Below are positions 22,440 to 34,399 of a DNA stretch of 64,000 nt, piece by piece. The notes beneath the pieces are model-generated. The model ran no database searches and was not told the origin of the DNA. It saw nothing but the letters and a program-made list of their open reading frames with translations. A program made the position numbers and the translations under genes. Position 1 is the stretch's first letter. The number at the start of each line of letters is the position of its first letter. This stretch comes from Hemiscyllium ocellatum (lineage: Eukaryota), in assembly GCF_020745735.1 (NCBI RefSeq), contig NC_083409.1, positions 14,479,873 to 14,543,872 on the forward strand, in the 5' to 3' direction.

Positions 22440-24090
22440 GGAAATGGAGAACCATGGAGCAAGTGTAAAAGATTTCATTTTACTAAACTGTGCGGTGCTT
22501 TGGTAAAAGTGGATTGGAACCAGCGACATGATGGGAAATCAGTGTCAGGGCAGTGGGAGCCCTCGAAGGACGAGACAGACTGTTCAGAATCTGTTCCCAT
22601 AATTAGTAAGGGTGGGACTTCCAGATCTAGACCAAATGAACAAGAGGATTGGGGTCATGTACTGACATGGACTGGGAACTGATTGGTGGACAGGACAGAA
22701 ATAGTGAGTCTTTTTCTGAATGACAGGTAGTCACAACTTAGCGTACCACACGTGTCAGTCCTTGGCACTCAGTTATTCATAATATAATACAATAGAGTCA
22801 GAGAGTCAGAGAGACCCAAAGGCCTATTGTGTCCATACTGGTCAAAAAACCACAACTCAATAGTTCTCATCCATTTTACCAGCATGGTGGAATTAGATGC
22901 AGTATGTGTTCAATAAAGAATTAGATGGAATGCTTTGGATTAAAGGGATCAAAGAATGTGGGGAGAAAGCAGGAACAGGGGACTGTGTTGGATGATCAGC
23001 CATAATCATATTGAATGGTGAAACAGGCTTGAGGAGCCGAATGGCCGACTGCTGCTCCAGGTTTGGATGTTTCTATCTGTTTCCCAGGTAATGAAGAAAT
23101 GTCTCTCATCAGTTTGAAGATCTAAGTCAAATGTGTGTGGAGGTGGAAGATGTGGCCATGGTGATTACCGCAGGTCAGTGAGGTGGTAAGAAGACACATG
23201 GGATAAACTGTTTTTCATTTTCCTTGATGGAATGAGGGCATTGCTGGATCAGCAGCATTTATTGCCCATCCATAATCACCCAGAGGGCAGTTTAGAGTCA
23301 CCCACATTGCTGTGGGTCTGGGGTCACACGGTAAGGATGGCAGTTTCTTTCCCAAAAGGACATTAGGGAATCAGATGCTTTTTCCTGACAATCAACAATG
23401 GTTTCATGGTCGTCATTAGACTCCTAATTGCATTTTTTAATTGAATTTGAATGCCACCATCTGCTGGATTCTAACCCTGGTCCCCAGAACATTACCTGGA
23501 TCTCTGGATTAACAGCTCAGCAATAACACCATTAGACCATCACCTCCCTTATCTCATTTTTGGTTGACTGTGAAAGCAAGGTGTTTGTTTATTCTGGAAC
23601 TGTATAAAACCCCAGTTAGAGCACAGTGAGAGAACTGTGTACGGTTCTGGTCACCACATTACAGGAAGGATGAGATTCCATTAGAGATGGGGACAGAGGA
23701 GGAGTTTGTCTGGAATGGGGACTTTGAGCTTTGAGGAATGATTGGTTTGGCTGGGAGTGTTTTCTTTGGAACAGAAGAGGCACAAGGGAGATTTGATGGT
23801 GGTGTGTAAAATGATGAGGGGCCTGGACAGAGTGGGTAGGAAGGACTGATTTCCACCAGCACAGAGAGCAATAACCATGGGGAAAGATTGAAATCAGTTC
23901 TGGGCAGGATTAGAGGGGGGTTGAGGGTATTTGTTTTCACCCAGAGGCTGGTGGGATGTGGGACTCACTGTCTGAAAGGGTGGGAGAGGCAGAAACCCTC
24001 ATCACATTGAAAAAACACTTGTATATTCATTTGAAACAGCGAAACCTCCAGAACTATGGAGCAAGAGCTGGAAAGTGGGATGGAGCTCGA
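22440..24090 (+). mobile_element. Decayed CR1 fragments with L2/Deu-type tails in the J-C intron
   Basis: CR1 RT and tail remnants (gatgatcagccataatcatattgaatgg; ctgtataaaaccccagttag). Confidence 0.65.
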
Positions 24091-24251
24091 TACCTATTTA
24101 ACAAATCTCCGATCACACACAGATCTGGAGAACCTTATCCGAGAACATTGGAGCAGACTCGGATCCACACACTTCGGGAAAGTCACATTGGGGTGTCTGT
24201 GTAGAATGTTCTAGATTACATTTTAAACCTTGCTGCACACTGCTGGGCTGA

Positions 24252-24329
24252 GGGTCAAGGGTGACGCTGCAAAGAGTCTCAATGTCCTGGGGTCAGACAG
24301 GGTCACTGCTCCTAATGACCCCATGACCC
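24252..24329. promoter_or_regulatory. Cluster of nuclear-receptor direct repeats (DR1, DR4, DR2) in the J-C intron
   Basis: GGGTCA-A-GGGTGA (24252-24264), GGGTCA-GACA-GGGTCA (24290-24305), TGACCC-CA-TGACCC (24316-24329), in a stretch with no recognisable TE. Confidence 0.4.
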
Positions 24330-24649
24330 CTGGAAGGTGAGAGTGCGCAGACAATGGATGAGAACCCGGATCAGGAGACTCCAACCTTAAAAAAGACTTG
24401 CATTTGTGTAGCACCTGTCCAACTCAGGATGTCCCACTGGCTCTTTCCAGCAAACTGTGCACAGCGAGATCCCAAACACAGTATGATAATTAGCAGAGAA
24501 ACAGATTTTTAGTGATTTTGACTGGGGGATAAATATTCATCAGTTACACCAGTGGGAACTGCCTGCTTTTCATCCAATAGTGCCATGGAATGGCATCTTT
24601 CCCAACTGAAAGACTCTCAGTTCATCCAAAAAAACGAAGAAATGTTCCC

Positions 24650-25215
24650 TCAAAATGGAGTTGCAGGTAATTAGGTCGGTGACAAAGTCATTTGGTATGT
24701 TTTCCTTTATTGGTCAGTGCATTGGGTATTGGAGTTGGGAGCTGTTGCGGCTGTACAGGACATCAGTTCGGCCTCTTTTGGAATACTGTGTGCAATTCTG
24801 GTCTCCCTGCTGGAGGAAAAATGTTGTGAATCTTAAAATGGTTCAGAAAAGATTTACAAGGATGTTGCCAAGGTTGGAGGGTTTGCGTGAATGGGAGAGG
24901 CTGAATGGGCTGAGGCAGTTTTCCCTGGATCATTGCAGGTTGATGGGTGACCATATAGAGATTTATAAAATCATGAGCGGCATAGATAAGGTTAATAGAG
25001 AAGATCTTTTCTCCAGAGTGGGGGAGTCCAGAACTGGAGGGCATAGGCTGAAGGTGACGGGGAAAGATTTAAAAGGGACCTAAGGGACAACGTTTTCATT
25101 CAGAGGGTGTTAAATGTATGGAATGAGCTGCCAGAAGAAGTGGTGAAGGCTGGTACAATTACAACATTTAAAAGGCATGGATATGTGAATAGGAAGAGTT
25201 TAGAGGGATATGGGC
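24650..25215 (+). mobile_element. CR1 ORF2 3' fragment
   Basis: ORF 24655-25083: LYRTSVRPLLEYCVQFWSP...VQKRFTRMLP. Confidence 0.9.
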
Positions 25216-25394
25216 ATCAATCCAACTCTTAACATTTCAGGGTCTTCCAAAGACATTTACAGACAGTTTTGTTTGACAAGCTACACTGTCGCAATGTCAG
25301 GAACGTGGCAGCCAGTTTCTACAGCAAGATCCAAGTAGAAGCAATGAGATCAAAGAGCAATAATGATGTTGGATTAATGATAAATATTGCCCTG

Positions 25395-25712
25395 ATTAGA
25401 TTCCCTCCAGTGTGGAAACAGGCAGTTCAGCCTGACAAGTCCACACCAACCCCCCGAACAACAGCCCACCCAGAAACAGTCCCTACATTTACTCCTGACT
25501 ATTTCACCGAACACTGTAGGCAATTTAGAATGGCCAATTCACCTGGCCTGCACATCTTTGGACAGTGGGAGTAAACCAGAGCACCTGGGGGAAACCCACA
25601 CAGACACAGGGAGAATGTGCAAACACCACACAGACAGCTTCCCAACGACGGGAATTGAACCCAGGTCCTTGATGCTGTGAGGTAGCAGTGCTAACCACTG
25701 AGCCACCATGCC
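25395..25712 (-). mobile_element. HE1 SINE
   Basis: A box TGGCTCAGTGG and B box GGTTCAATTCC on the minus strand, HE1 core and tail. Confidence 0.9.
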
Positions 25713-25999
25713 TGAAGGTAACCCAAAGCGAAAGTAATTTGGTTCAATTGGATGGAAAATGAGAAAACGGAAGGTGAAGAAGAAGGTAGGATTGCTGGTC
25801 AGTGATGGGATTGATTGTTACCAGAAAATAAAAGGTAGGGACGGACATTTCAAAATCAAAGGAACCAAAGAAGAGCCGGGAAAATCAATAATAGAACATA
25901 CTTAAAGAGTTTGTAAGGAAATGCACGAAGCATTTCGAGTAAGGTTGACAAAGTAATGCCACAAATCCAGATGAATTGAGTTTCCAAGGAATTTAAACT

Positions 26000-28930
26000 A
26001 GTTAAAGTGGAGGAGGGCTCAGGGGAGATTATTTAAGTTTCTAGAAGATGTAAAAGGACAGAGAGTGTGGAAAGGATCAGGAATCGAACGTAAAGCACAG
26101 CAGATAAGAGAACAATGATGAGAAGGACGGCAGTCAATACAGGACTGAGGGTGTTGTACTTTAATGCATACAGTGTACACAATGAGCTTGTAGTGCAGAT
26201 TGAAACTGGCAGGTACGATGTTGTGGGTATCACAGAGACATGGCTCTAAGGGGATCCGGGCTGGGAACTAAATATCCAAGGATACGTGTCCTATCAAAAG
26301 GACAGGTAGATGGGCAGAGGGGGAAGAGTTGCCTTGTTAGTGTGCAATAAAATTCACTCAATAGCAAGAAGTGATATAGAGTCAGAAGGTGTAGAGTCCG
26401 TGTGGGTAGAGTTGAGGAACCGCAAGAAATAAAGAATATGATGCAAGTTATGTCCAGGTCTCCAAGCAGTAATCAGGGTGTGGGGAAGGAAATCAATTAG
26501 GAGGCAGAGAAGCCGTATACAAAATGTCAGGGCAGACTTCAATGAATAGGTGGACTGGGTAGCGCGTCTCAAGGAAAGGATTTCATGGAATGTCTATGAG
26601 ATGGTTTTTGGAGCAGCTTGTGGTTGAGCCATGATGGAACAGGCAGGTCTGGATTCAGAGATGTGTATTGAGGCAAACTTGACTTGTGAGTTTAAGGTGA
26701 AAGCATCCCTGTGGATAAATTACCATAATATGATAGAATTCCCACTGTAGTTTGAGAGGGAGAAGCTGCAATCAGATGGAACAGTATTTCAGTTGAGTAA
26801 AGGTAACTGCAAAGACATGAGGAAGGAGCTGGCCAGAGTTGATTGTAAGGGGAGCCGAGCAGGTAAGATGGTGGGGCAGCAAACAGCAGGGTTTCTGGGG
26901 GTAATTCAGGAAGCAGAGTAGGAATTCATACCAAAAAAGAAGAAATATACTAAAGGGAGAACAAGGCAACCATGGCTGATGAGGGACGTCAAGGACAGCA
27001 TAAAAGCAAAAGAAAAGGCAGACAATGTGGTGGAGAATAGTGGGAAGCCAGAAGGTTAGGAAGTCTTGAAAAACCTGTAGAGGACAATGATAAAAGCATT
27101 AAGGATGGAGAGGTGAAATGTGGGGGTGAGCGAGCTAGTAATACAAAAGAAGATTGTCAGAGTTTTATCAGATATATAACAAGGAAGAGGGAGGCAAAAA
27201 TAGACATTGGATCACTGGGAAATGAGGTTGGAGAAAGAAAAATAGAAATAGCAAAGGAATTGAATAGATACTTTGCATCTGTCTGCACCATGGAAAACAT
27301 CAGCAGTGTACCAGTACTTCAAGACTGTCAGGGGGCAGGGGGGCGTGTAGTGGCCATCAGTAAGGAGGAGGTACAGGGGAAGCTGGAAGGTCTGAATGTG
27401 GATAACGCACCCAGACTGGATAAACTTCATCAGTGTGTTCTGAAGGAGATCGCTGAGGAGATTGTGGAGGCATTGGTGATGATCTTTCAGGAATCAATGG
27501 AGTCGGGGTGAGACAGTGGGGTGGGGTGGAATTTGATGGGGGCAAGGAAATAGAAAATGGCTCCCATAGCAGCCCTGTTTAGGAAGGGAGGGAGTTGGAA
27601 GACGGGAAATTATAGGCCAGTTAGCCTGGACTATTGTTGGTAAGGTATTAGACTTCAATTTAAGGATGAAATTGCAGAGGACTTGGAAGTGCAATGAGAA
27701 AATAGGGCTGAGTCAACATGGCTTCATCAAGGGGAGGTCCTGCCTGGCAAATCTGTTAGAATTCTTTGAGGAGGCAATGAGCCAGTCAGACAAAGGAGAG
27801 TCTGAGGAAGTAATCTATTTGGATTTTCCAGAAGGCCTTTGACATAACTTAAGAGCCTGTAGTGTTAGGAGCAATGTACTGGCATGGACCGAGGACAGAC
27901 AGGTTGGCATAAAGCAGAGAATGAGGAAAGATGGCCACTGGTGACTAGTAGAGTTCTGCAGGTGGCAATGTTGGGGCAATAACTACTCACGTTATACATG
28001 AACAATCCGGATGAAGGAAGTGAAGACATTGTTGCTACGTTTGCAGACAACATGGGATAGGTGGAGGGACAGGTAGTGTTGAGGAAGTGGGAAGACTGAA
28101 AAAGGTCCTGGATAGGCTCGGAGAGTGGGCAAAGAAGTGGCAGATAGAATACAATGTGTTACAGTGTGAGGTTATGCACTTTGGGAGGAAGAAGAAATAC
28201 AAAGACTGTTTGCTAAATGAGGAAAGCCTTTGGAAATCTAAAGCACAAACCACATTCAGGTTTCTCTTCAGGTTAACAGGCAGGTCCCCTTTGTGTTTGG
28301 GAAGGCAAATGAAATGACAGCATTCATTTCAATAGGGCCAGAATACAAGAGCAGAGATGTACTGCTGAGGCTGTGTAAGGCTCTGGTCAGACTGCATTTG
28401 GAATATTGTGAACAGATTTGGGACCCAAATTCTAAGAAACAATGTGCTGGCATTGGAGGGATTTACAAGAATGATCCTGGGGATGAAGGGCTTGTCATAT
28501 GAGGTGTGGTTGAGGACTCTGGGTCTGTACTCGATGGAGTTTAGAAGGATGAGGAAGGATATCATTGAAATTTACAGAATACTGATAGGCCTGGATAGAG
28601 TGGATGGGGAGAAGATTTATCCAATAAGAGGAGAGACTTGGTAACCAAGGCACAGCCTCAGAATGAAGGGCCGACCCTTTAGAGCTAAGATGAGGAGGAA
28701 TTTCTTCAGCCAGAGAGTGGCGAATCTGTGGAACTCATTGTTACAGAGGGCAGTGGAGGCCAAGTCACTGAGTGTATTTAAGACAGAGATGGATAGGTTT
28801 GTGATTATTAAGGGGATGGAAAGTTCCTGTGGAGTAGGCAGGAGCATGGGGTGAGAAGCATATCTGCCAAGATCAAATGGCAGAGCAGATTCAATGGGCT
28901 GAATGGCTGATTTCTGATCCTACTTCTTAA
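26000..28930 (+). mobile_element. Long degenerate CR1 ORF2 (APE endonuclease to RT to 3' tail)
   Basis: LYFNA..., YDVVGITETWL near 26150-26250, RT remnants, and 3' tail at 28860-28925; many stops and frameshifts. Confidence 0.9.
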
Positions 28931-29089
28931 AAACTTCTGGAGAGTTTCCACAAAACCCTGGAACACTGAACCCACTGGACTTTGAGCCCTGCTGTAGCTG
29001 TTTGTCATCAGAACTTTGCCAAGAGATAACCAAAGAGTGGAGAGGGTGTGGTTCTATGTGGGAATTTCAGGATACTTTGCAGTTCCTGG

Positions 29090-31740
29090 AATACCATGAG
29101 TACAGGAAGTGTGGTCAGTGACAGCGGTTGGAGCTCTGGGCTTCGGAGCTTGAGCAGCAGCTGGTGTCAGTGCGGAGCGTCCGTGAGGCTGAGAGCTCCG
29201 TGGAGAGCACGTTTCTAGATGTGGTCACTCTGCAGCTTCAGAGTATGCAGGGAGAGAGGGAATGGGGGAGCAGCAGACAGTCCAAAAGGACCAGGCAGCT
29301 AGTACAGGAATTCCCTGAGTGCATCCCAGTCTTCAACCAGGATTCAGTTCAGAATCCTGATGAGAATGATGGTTAATCTGGGGAATGCAGCCAGAGCCAA
29401 GTCCCTGGCAGCACATGTGGTCAGCTGTACAGGGGAGCACAAGAAGACTGGAAGAGCTATAGTGGGAGGAGATTTGAGCGTGAGGGCATCGAAAGGTGTT
29501 TCTGCAGCTGCAGATGGGAATCCAGGATGGTGTGTTGTCTCCCTGGTGCCAGGGTGAAGGATGTCACTGAGCGACTGCAGAGCACCCTGAGGGGAGAGGG
29601 GGAACAGGCAGCAGTTGTGGTCCACATCGGTCCCAGTGACAGTGGGAGGAAAGGGATGTGGTCCTCCAGTCAGAATTTAGGAGCAGGAGCTAAAAGGTAG
29701 GAATCTTCAGATTACTCCCATTACCACATGCAAGTGAGAAGAGGAACAGGAGGGTAACACAGGTGACGGTGGAGCTGGAGAAAGGGTCCAGGAGGCAGGG
29801 CTTTAGATTTTTTGGACATTGTGAGTGGGTCTGGGGGAGATGGCACCTGGACAGACCAGACAGTGTTGCTCCTGAACAGAGCTGGGACTGAGTTCCTTTG
29901 AGGTGATTTACTAGTGCTGTTGGTGAGGGTTTAAACTAACGTGGCAGGGCTGTGAGAGCCAGGGGGAATATCAGAGAGGAACACCAAGGTCCACAGAATT
30001 CTCAGTGCAGTCAATAAGTCACCAGCCAGTGGGAAGGATGTGGAGGAATGCAAATGCAAGGAATTTACAGAAACCTGCAAATATGATCGAGCCGTTATAA
30101 ATGGGGGAAAGGGGTATTTAATTTCTGAATATAGACTGGGATAGTAGCAATGTAACGGGCAGAGAGGGGTGAGAGGTGTGAGACTGTGTTCAGGTGAATT
30201 TTCAGGTGGCATCGTGGCCAGTGAAAAAGGCTGTCTAAGAGTACAATGGGATCTTGACCAACTGGGCCAGTGGGCTGAGGAATGGCAGATGGAGTTTTAT
30301 TCAGATAAATGTGAGTGCTGTATTTTGGGTAAGACACAGGAGATGGGTGAGATTCTAAACAAATATTTCAGGTCAGTATTTATTGTGGAGAAGGACATGA
30401 ATGCGAGGGAATTTGGAAAAAATAGTGATGCTTTCAAAAAGTCCACAATACAAATGAGGAGATGCAAAAGGTCTTAAAACATTTAAAGGTAGATAAATCC
30501 CTAGGACCTGATCAGGTATATCCCAGAACATTGTGGGAAAAGAGGGAAGAGATTGCTGGGCCCCTTGCTGAGATATGTTTATCATTGACAGCTACAGGTA
30601 AGATGTTGGAGAACCAGAGAGGTTGGCTAATGTTGTACCATTATTTCAGAAAGGCTATAAGGAAAAGCTAGGGAACTATAGACCAGTGAGCATGATGTCA
30701 GTGCTGGGTAAGATGTTGGAGTGGATTCTGAGGGACAGGATTTCCATCCATTTGGATAATCAATGTGGTTTTGTGCGTGGGAAATTGTGTCTCCCTGATT
30801 TAATTGAGGAGGTGACAAAGAAGATTGATGAAAGCAGAACAGTAGACACTGTCTGTATGGACTTCAGTAAAGTATTTGACAAGGTTCCACATGATAGACT
30901 GGCGAGTAAGGTTAGACCACATGGGATTGAGGGGGAGCCAGCCATTTGGGTAAAAAAATTAGCTTGAAGATAGGAGAGAGGGTGTGGCGGTAAAGGGTTG
31001 ATTTTCAGATCGGAGATCTGTGAATAGCTGTGTGCCGCAAGGAGTGGTGCTGGGTCCACTGCTTTTGGTCATTTAAATAAATGATTTCACCTGAATATAG
31101 GAGTTAACATAAGTGTGTAAAAGACATCAAAATTGGTGGGACAGTGGATAGTGAAGAAGATTATCTCAGGGTACAGTGGAACCTTGATCAGATGGGGCAA
31201 TGGACAGAGGAGTGGGAAATGGAGTTCAGTTTAGATTAATGTGAGGTGTTGCACTTTGGAAAGGCAAACCAGGGCAGGAGTTATACAGTAATGGTAGGGC
31301 CCTGTGGAGTGTTGCTGAACAAAGACACCGAGGGGTGAGGGGTGAGGGGTGAGGGGTGAGGGGTGAGGGGTGAGGGGTGAGGGGTGAGGGGTGAAGGGTG
31401 AAGGGTGAAGGGTGAATGTAAGGGAAATGTGCATTATTCCTTAAAACTGGATCACAGGGAGACAGGACGATGAAGAAGGTGTCGGGAACCTTTGCCTTTA
31501 TTGGTCACTGTATTGAGGATAGGAGTTGGGTCATCATGTTGCAGCTGTACAGGAGATTGGTGAGGCCAGTTTGGGAATAATGTGAACAATTCTGATCATT
31601 CTGTGATAGGAAGGATGTTGTTCAACTTTTAAAAGGTGCAGAAAAAGATTTACAAAGATTTTGTGAGGAATTGGAGGGTTTGAACGATAGGGAGAGGATG
31701 AATCGGAACATCGGAGGCTGAGAAATTTATAAAATCATGA
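29090..31740 (+). mobile_element. CR1 ORF1 (esterase-like) and ORF2 fragments
   Basis: AIVGGDLSVR...CCLPGARVKDVTERLQ...VVHIG (ORF1 SGNH-like), then RT remnants. Mirrored at 62200-63900 on the minus strand. Confidence 0.85.
31330..31413 (+). repeat. (GAGGGGT)9(GAAGGGT)3 microsatellite, G-quadruplex-capable
   Basis: Twelve 7-bp units counted directly; absent from the paralogous arm. Confidence 0.95.
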
Positions 31741-32702
31741 GGGACACAGATAATGTGACTAATTCAGGAATGTTTTGGATAGATGACAAATTATATTCCC
31801 AAAAGTCATTCCAGGGATGAGGAACATCAGTTATGAAGATCTACTGGAGAATTTGGGACTGTCTTCTTTGGAGAAGGCTGGAAGCAGATTTATTCGAGGA
31901 ATTCAAAATCAGGAGGGGCCTGAACAGAATAAATAGGGAGAAAATGTTCCCAATTGAGAAAAGATTAAGACTGAGAGAACACAGCTTGAAAGTAATTGGG
32001 AAAAGTAACAAAAGTGAGACAAGGAAAAACATTTTCGGCCAGTGGGTGGTTAAGGTGTGGAATGCACTGCCTGAGAGTGTGGTGGAGGCAGCTTCAATTA
32101 AAACATTCTGAAGGGAATGAGACTGTTAGTCGAAAAGGAATTATGTGCAGGGTGACAGGGAGAAGGCAGGAGAATGACACTCAGTGAATTGCTCATTCAG
32201 AGAACCAGTACAGACAGGATGGGTGGAATGGCCTCCTTGTGCACTGTAACAATTCTGTGATTGTGTGGTTGAGCAGAGTTAAAGCTGGGGGAGGTGGGAG
32301 CTCGGTGTCTCACTGTGCTGCTGCTGCTGCTGCTGAGGTCAGTGAGATCAGAGACTGGGACAGGGAGCCAGAGCTCACATCAAACTCTGCCCGTGTCTGT
32401 CACACTGAGACTGGCAGGAGGCTACTCACTGATTTCACTCCATGCTGCAGGAATGGGACCACAGGCTGCAAATGGACAGAGCTCCTCCACACGGTGAGTA
32501 AAACTTACTGACTTATATCTTGCTTTTTAAAGGGGGCAATGGAACGAAATAAAATACAGCTGGACACACTATTAGACACAATGCTCCTCAATCAACTATT
32601 TCATTCACTGCAGCTTCTCACGAACACCTTCAACAATTCAGCATTTGTGTTTTAGAAATTGTGTTTGACAGGGTTAACAACAGAGGAATGAGGTTTACTT
32701 AC

Positions 32703-33029
32703 TCAGTCTGAGCTTGGTTCCTGGACCGAACGTGAATGTGCTGTAATGCTGCATACAGTAATAGTCAGCGACATCCTCATTCTGAACGTTGCTGATTGTC
32801 AGGGTGAAACTGGTCCCTGATCCACTGCCGGTGAATCGCTCGGAGACTCCTGTGAATCGAGTTGCTGCACTGTAGATCAAGACAGAGGGTTTCTGACCTT
32901 CTCGATGCTGGTACCAAGCAAGGGAGCTGCTAATGCTTTGACTGGCCGTACAGGTGAGTGTTGCGGTCTGGTCCAGTCCCACTGACAGCACCGGGGGAGA
33001 CTGAGTCATGATAATGTCCCCACTGATAC
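32703..33029 (-). CDS. IGKV: Germline-joined Ig kappa VJ exon, in frame
   Basis: Acceptor tcag at 33033-33030 and donor GTAAGT at 32702. [26 protein letters not shown]...WYQH...[21 protein letters not shown]. No heptamer or nonamer between V and J; 327 nt keeps the frame with leader and C. Confidence 0.96.
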
Positions 33030-33215
33030 CTGAGGGGTCAGAGAGTAACACAGTGAAGTCAGAACTGTCACAGAAAGAGCCTGTCAAATGAGAGATTGTT
33101 GGAGACACTGAGCATTCCTCTGGTTTCAGCATTTTCCCTTCAATCACAAGTCAGTGGAATTGGAGTGAAATGGAGACCAGCTAAAGATTCAAGGTGGAAG
33201 GAGAGAGATTTGTAC

Positions 33216-33264
33216 CTGTGACACAGAATGCCAGGGGCCAGATCAGCTGGATGTGTGAAATCAT
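33216..33264 (-). CDS. IGKV: Ig kappa leader exon
   Basis: ATG at 33264; MISHIQLIWPLAFCVT-G; donor GTAC at 33215; 186-nt intron, same length as in the paralog. Confidence 0.93.
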
Positions 33265-33324
33265 GGTGTGTGCTCCTGTCCCTGTGCCTGGTTCCTGATA
33301 AACTCTCCCTTCACTGGGCTCTGC

Positions 33325-33404
33325 TTTATAAAGCTGCAGCCTGTGAGAGTCTGACTGGGTGTTCCTCAGTATGTAAATGGCATCAGGCAGAGAGAGCCAC
33401 GTCA
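33325..33404 (-). promoter_or_regulatory. V promoter: TATA, octamer variant, CRE/UPRE-like site
   Basis: TTTATAAA 33325-33332; ATTTACAT (one mismatch to ATTTGCAT) 33371-33378; TGACGTGG 33397-33404. Confidence 0.75.
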
Positions 33405-34399
33405 GCCCCTCACACTTCCGCTCCTGTCTCTGTCTCCCCATTTTCCCTCTCTCTCTCTCTGTCTATCCTAGAGAGACATTGATGTGAACTGTGCTGAATT
33501 AGACCATTTGTCCCATTGTGTCTGTGTTGGATAACAAAGACCTTGACAAACTAATCCCATTTTCCCACTCTTGGTCCATAGGCTTGGAAGCTACAGCCAT
33601 GCAAATGTATATCTAAACACTGCTGCAATGTCACGAGAGTTTGTGACTCAAACAGCCTTTCAGGCAGTGAGTTCCAGACTCCCATCACCCTCTGGGTGAA
33701 AACATTTCTCCTCAACTCACCTCTCACACTCTAAGTCGACTGGGCCTGAACTCACTTGAGTTCAGAAGGATAAGAGGGGATCAGATTGAAATGTATAAAT
33801 TTCTAACAGGGCTGGGCAGGGAGGAGGTTTCCCTGGTTGGGAATTCTGGAACCAGGGGACCCAGTCTTGGGGGATACAAAGTTGACCATTTAGGCCTGAG
33901 ATGAGGAAACATTTCTTCACTCAGAGGGTAGTCAACCTGTTGAACTCTGTACCTATGATCCTGACAGCTATGGAGGAGAGAGAATTGAATATATTCAAGA
34001 TTATTGTTTTGCCTTTTCACAGCATGAATGGAATGGGGAAAAAGCAGGAATATGGCTTTGAGATGGAGGATCAGCCATGATCATACTGACTGACAGAGCA
34101 GACTCAAAGGGCTGAGTGGGCTACTCCTGTTTCTGTGTTTCTGTGTCTGTGTTACCCTCAGTTTCTGACCCTAGTTTCTGACTCCTTTATCCATGTAACA
34201 AATGCCTTCCTGTCGAATCTATCTGTGCCCCTCATAACCTTACAGTCCTCTGTCAGGTTTCCTCTCAACTTTCACTGCTCCAAGGAAAACAATCCCAGTC
34301 TTTCCAATCTTTCCTCATCACTCAGACCCTGCAGCCCAGGCAGCATCCTGGGAAATCTCTGCACCTTCCCGAGTACAATCACTTCCTTCCCACAATGTG

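Noticed and set aside
24453-24466. AACTGTG|CACAGCG looking like a RAG signal joint
   Set aside because: No nonamer at 12 or 23 bp on either side, and the context matches a common shark SINE/LINE tail (gcacagcaagatccc).
25655-25712. A-box/B-box tRNA-like sequences (also near 8610, 19341, 40490)
   Set aside because: They are HE1 SINE heads followed by SINE body and LINE tail; no cloverleaf or tRNA 3' end.
31330-31413. G-rich repeat as a class-switch-like region
   Set aside because: Light-chain intron, only 84 bp, no AGCT motifs, wrong strand polarity, and absent from the paralog.
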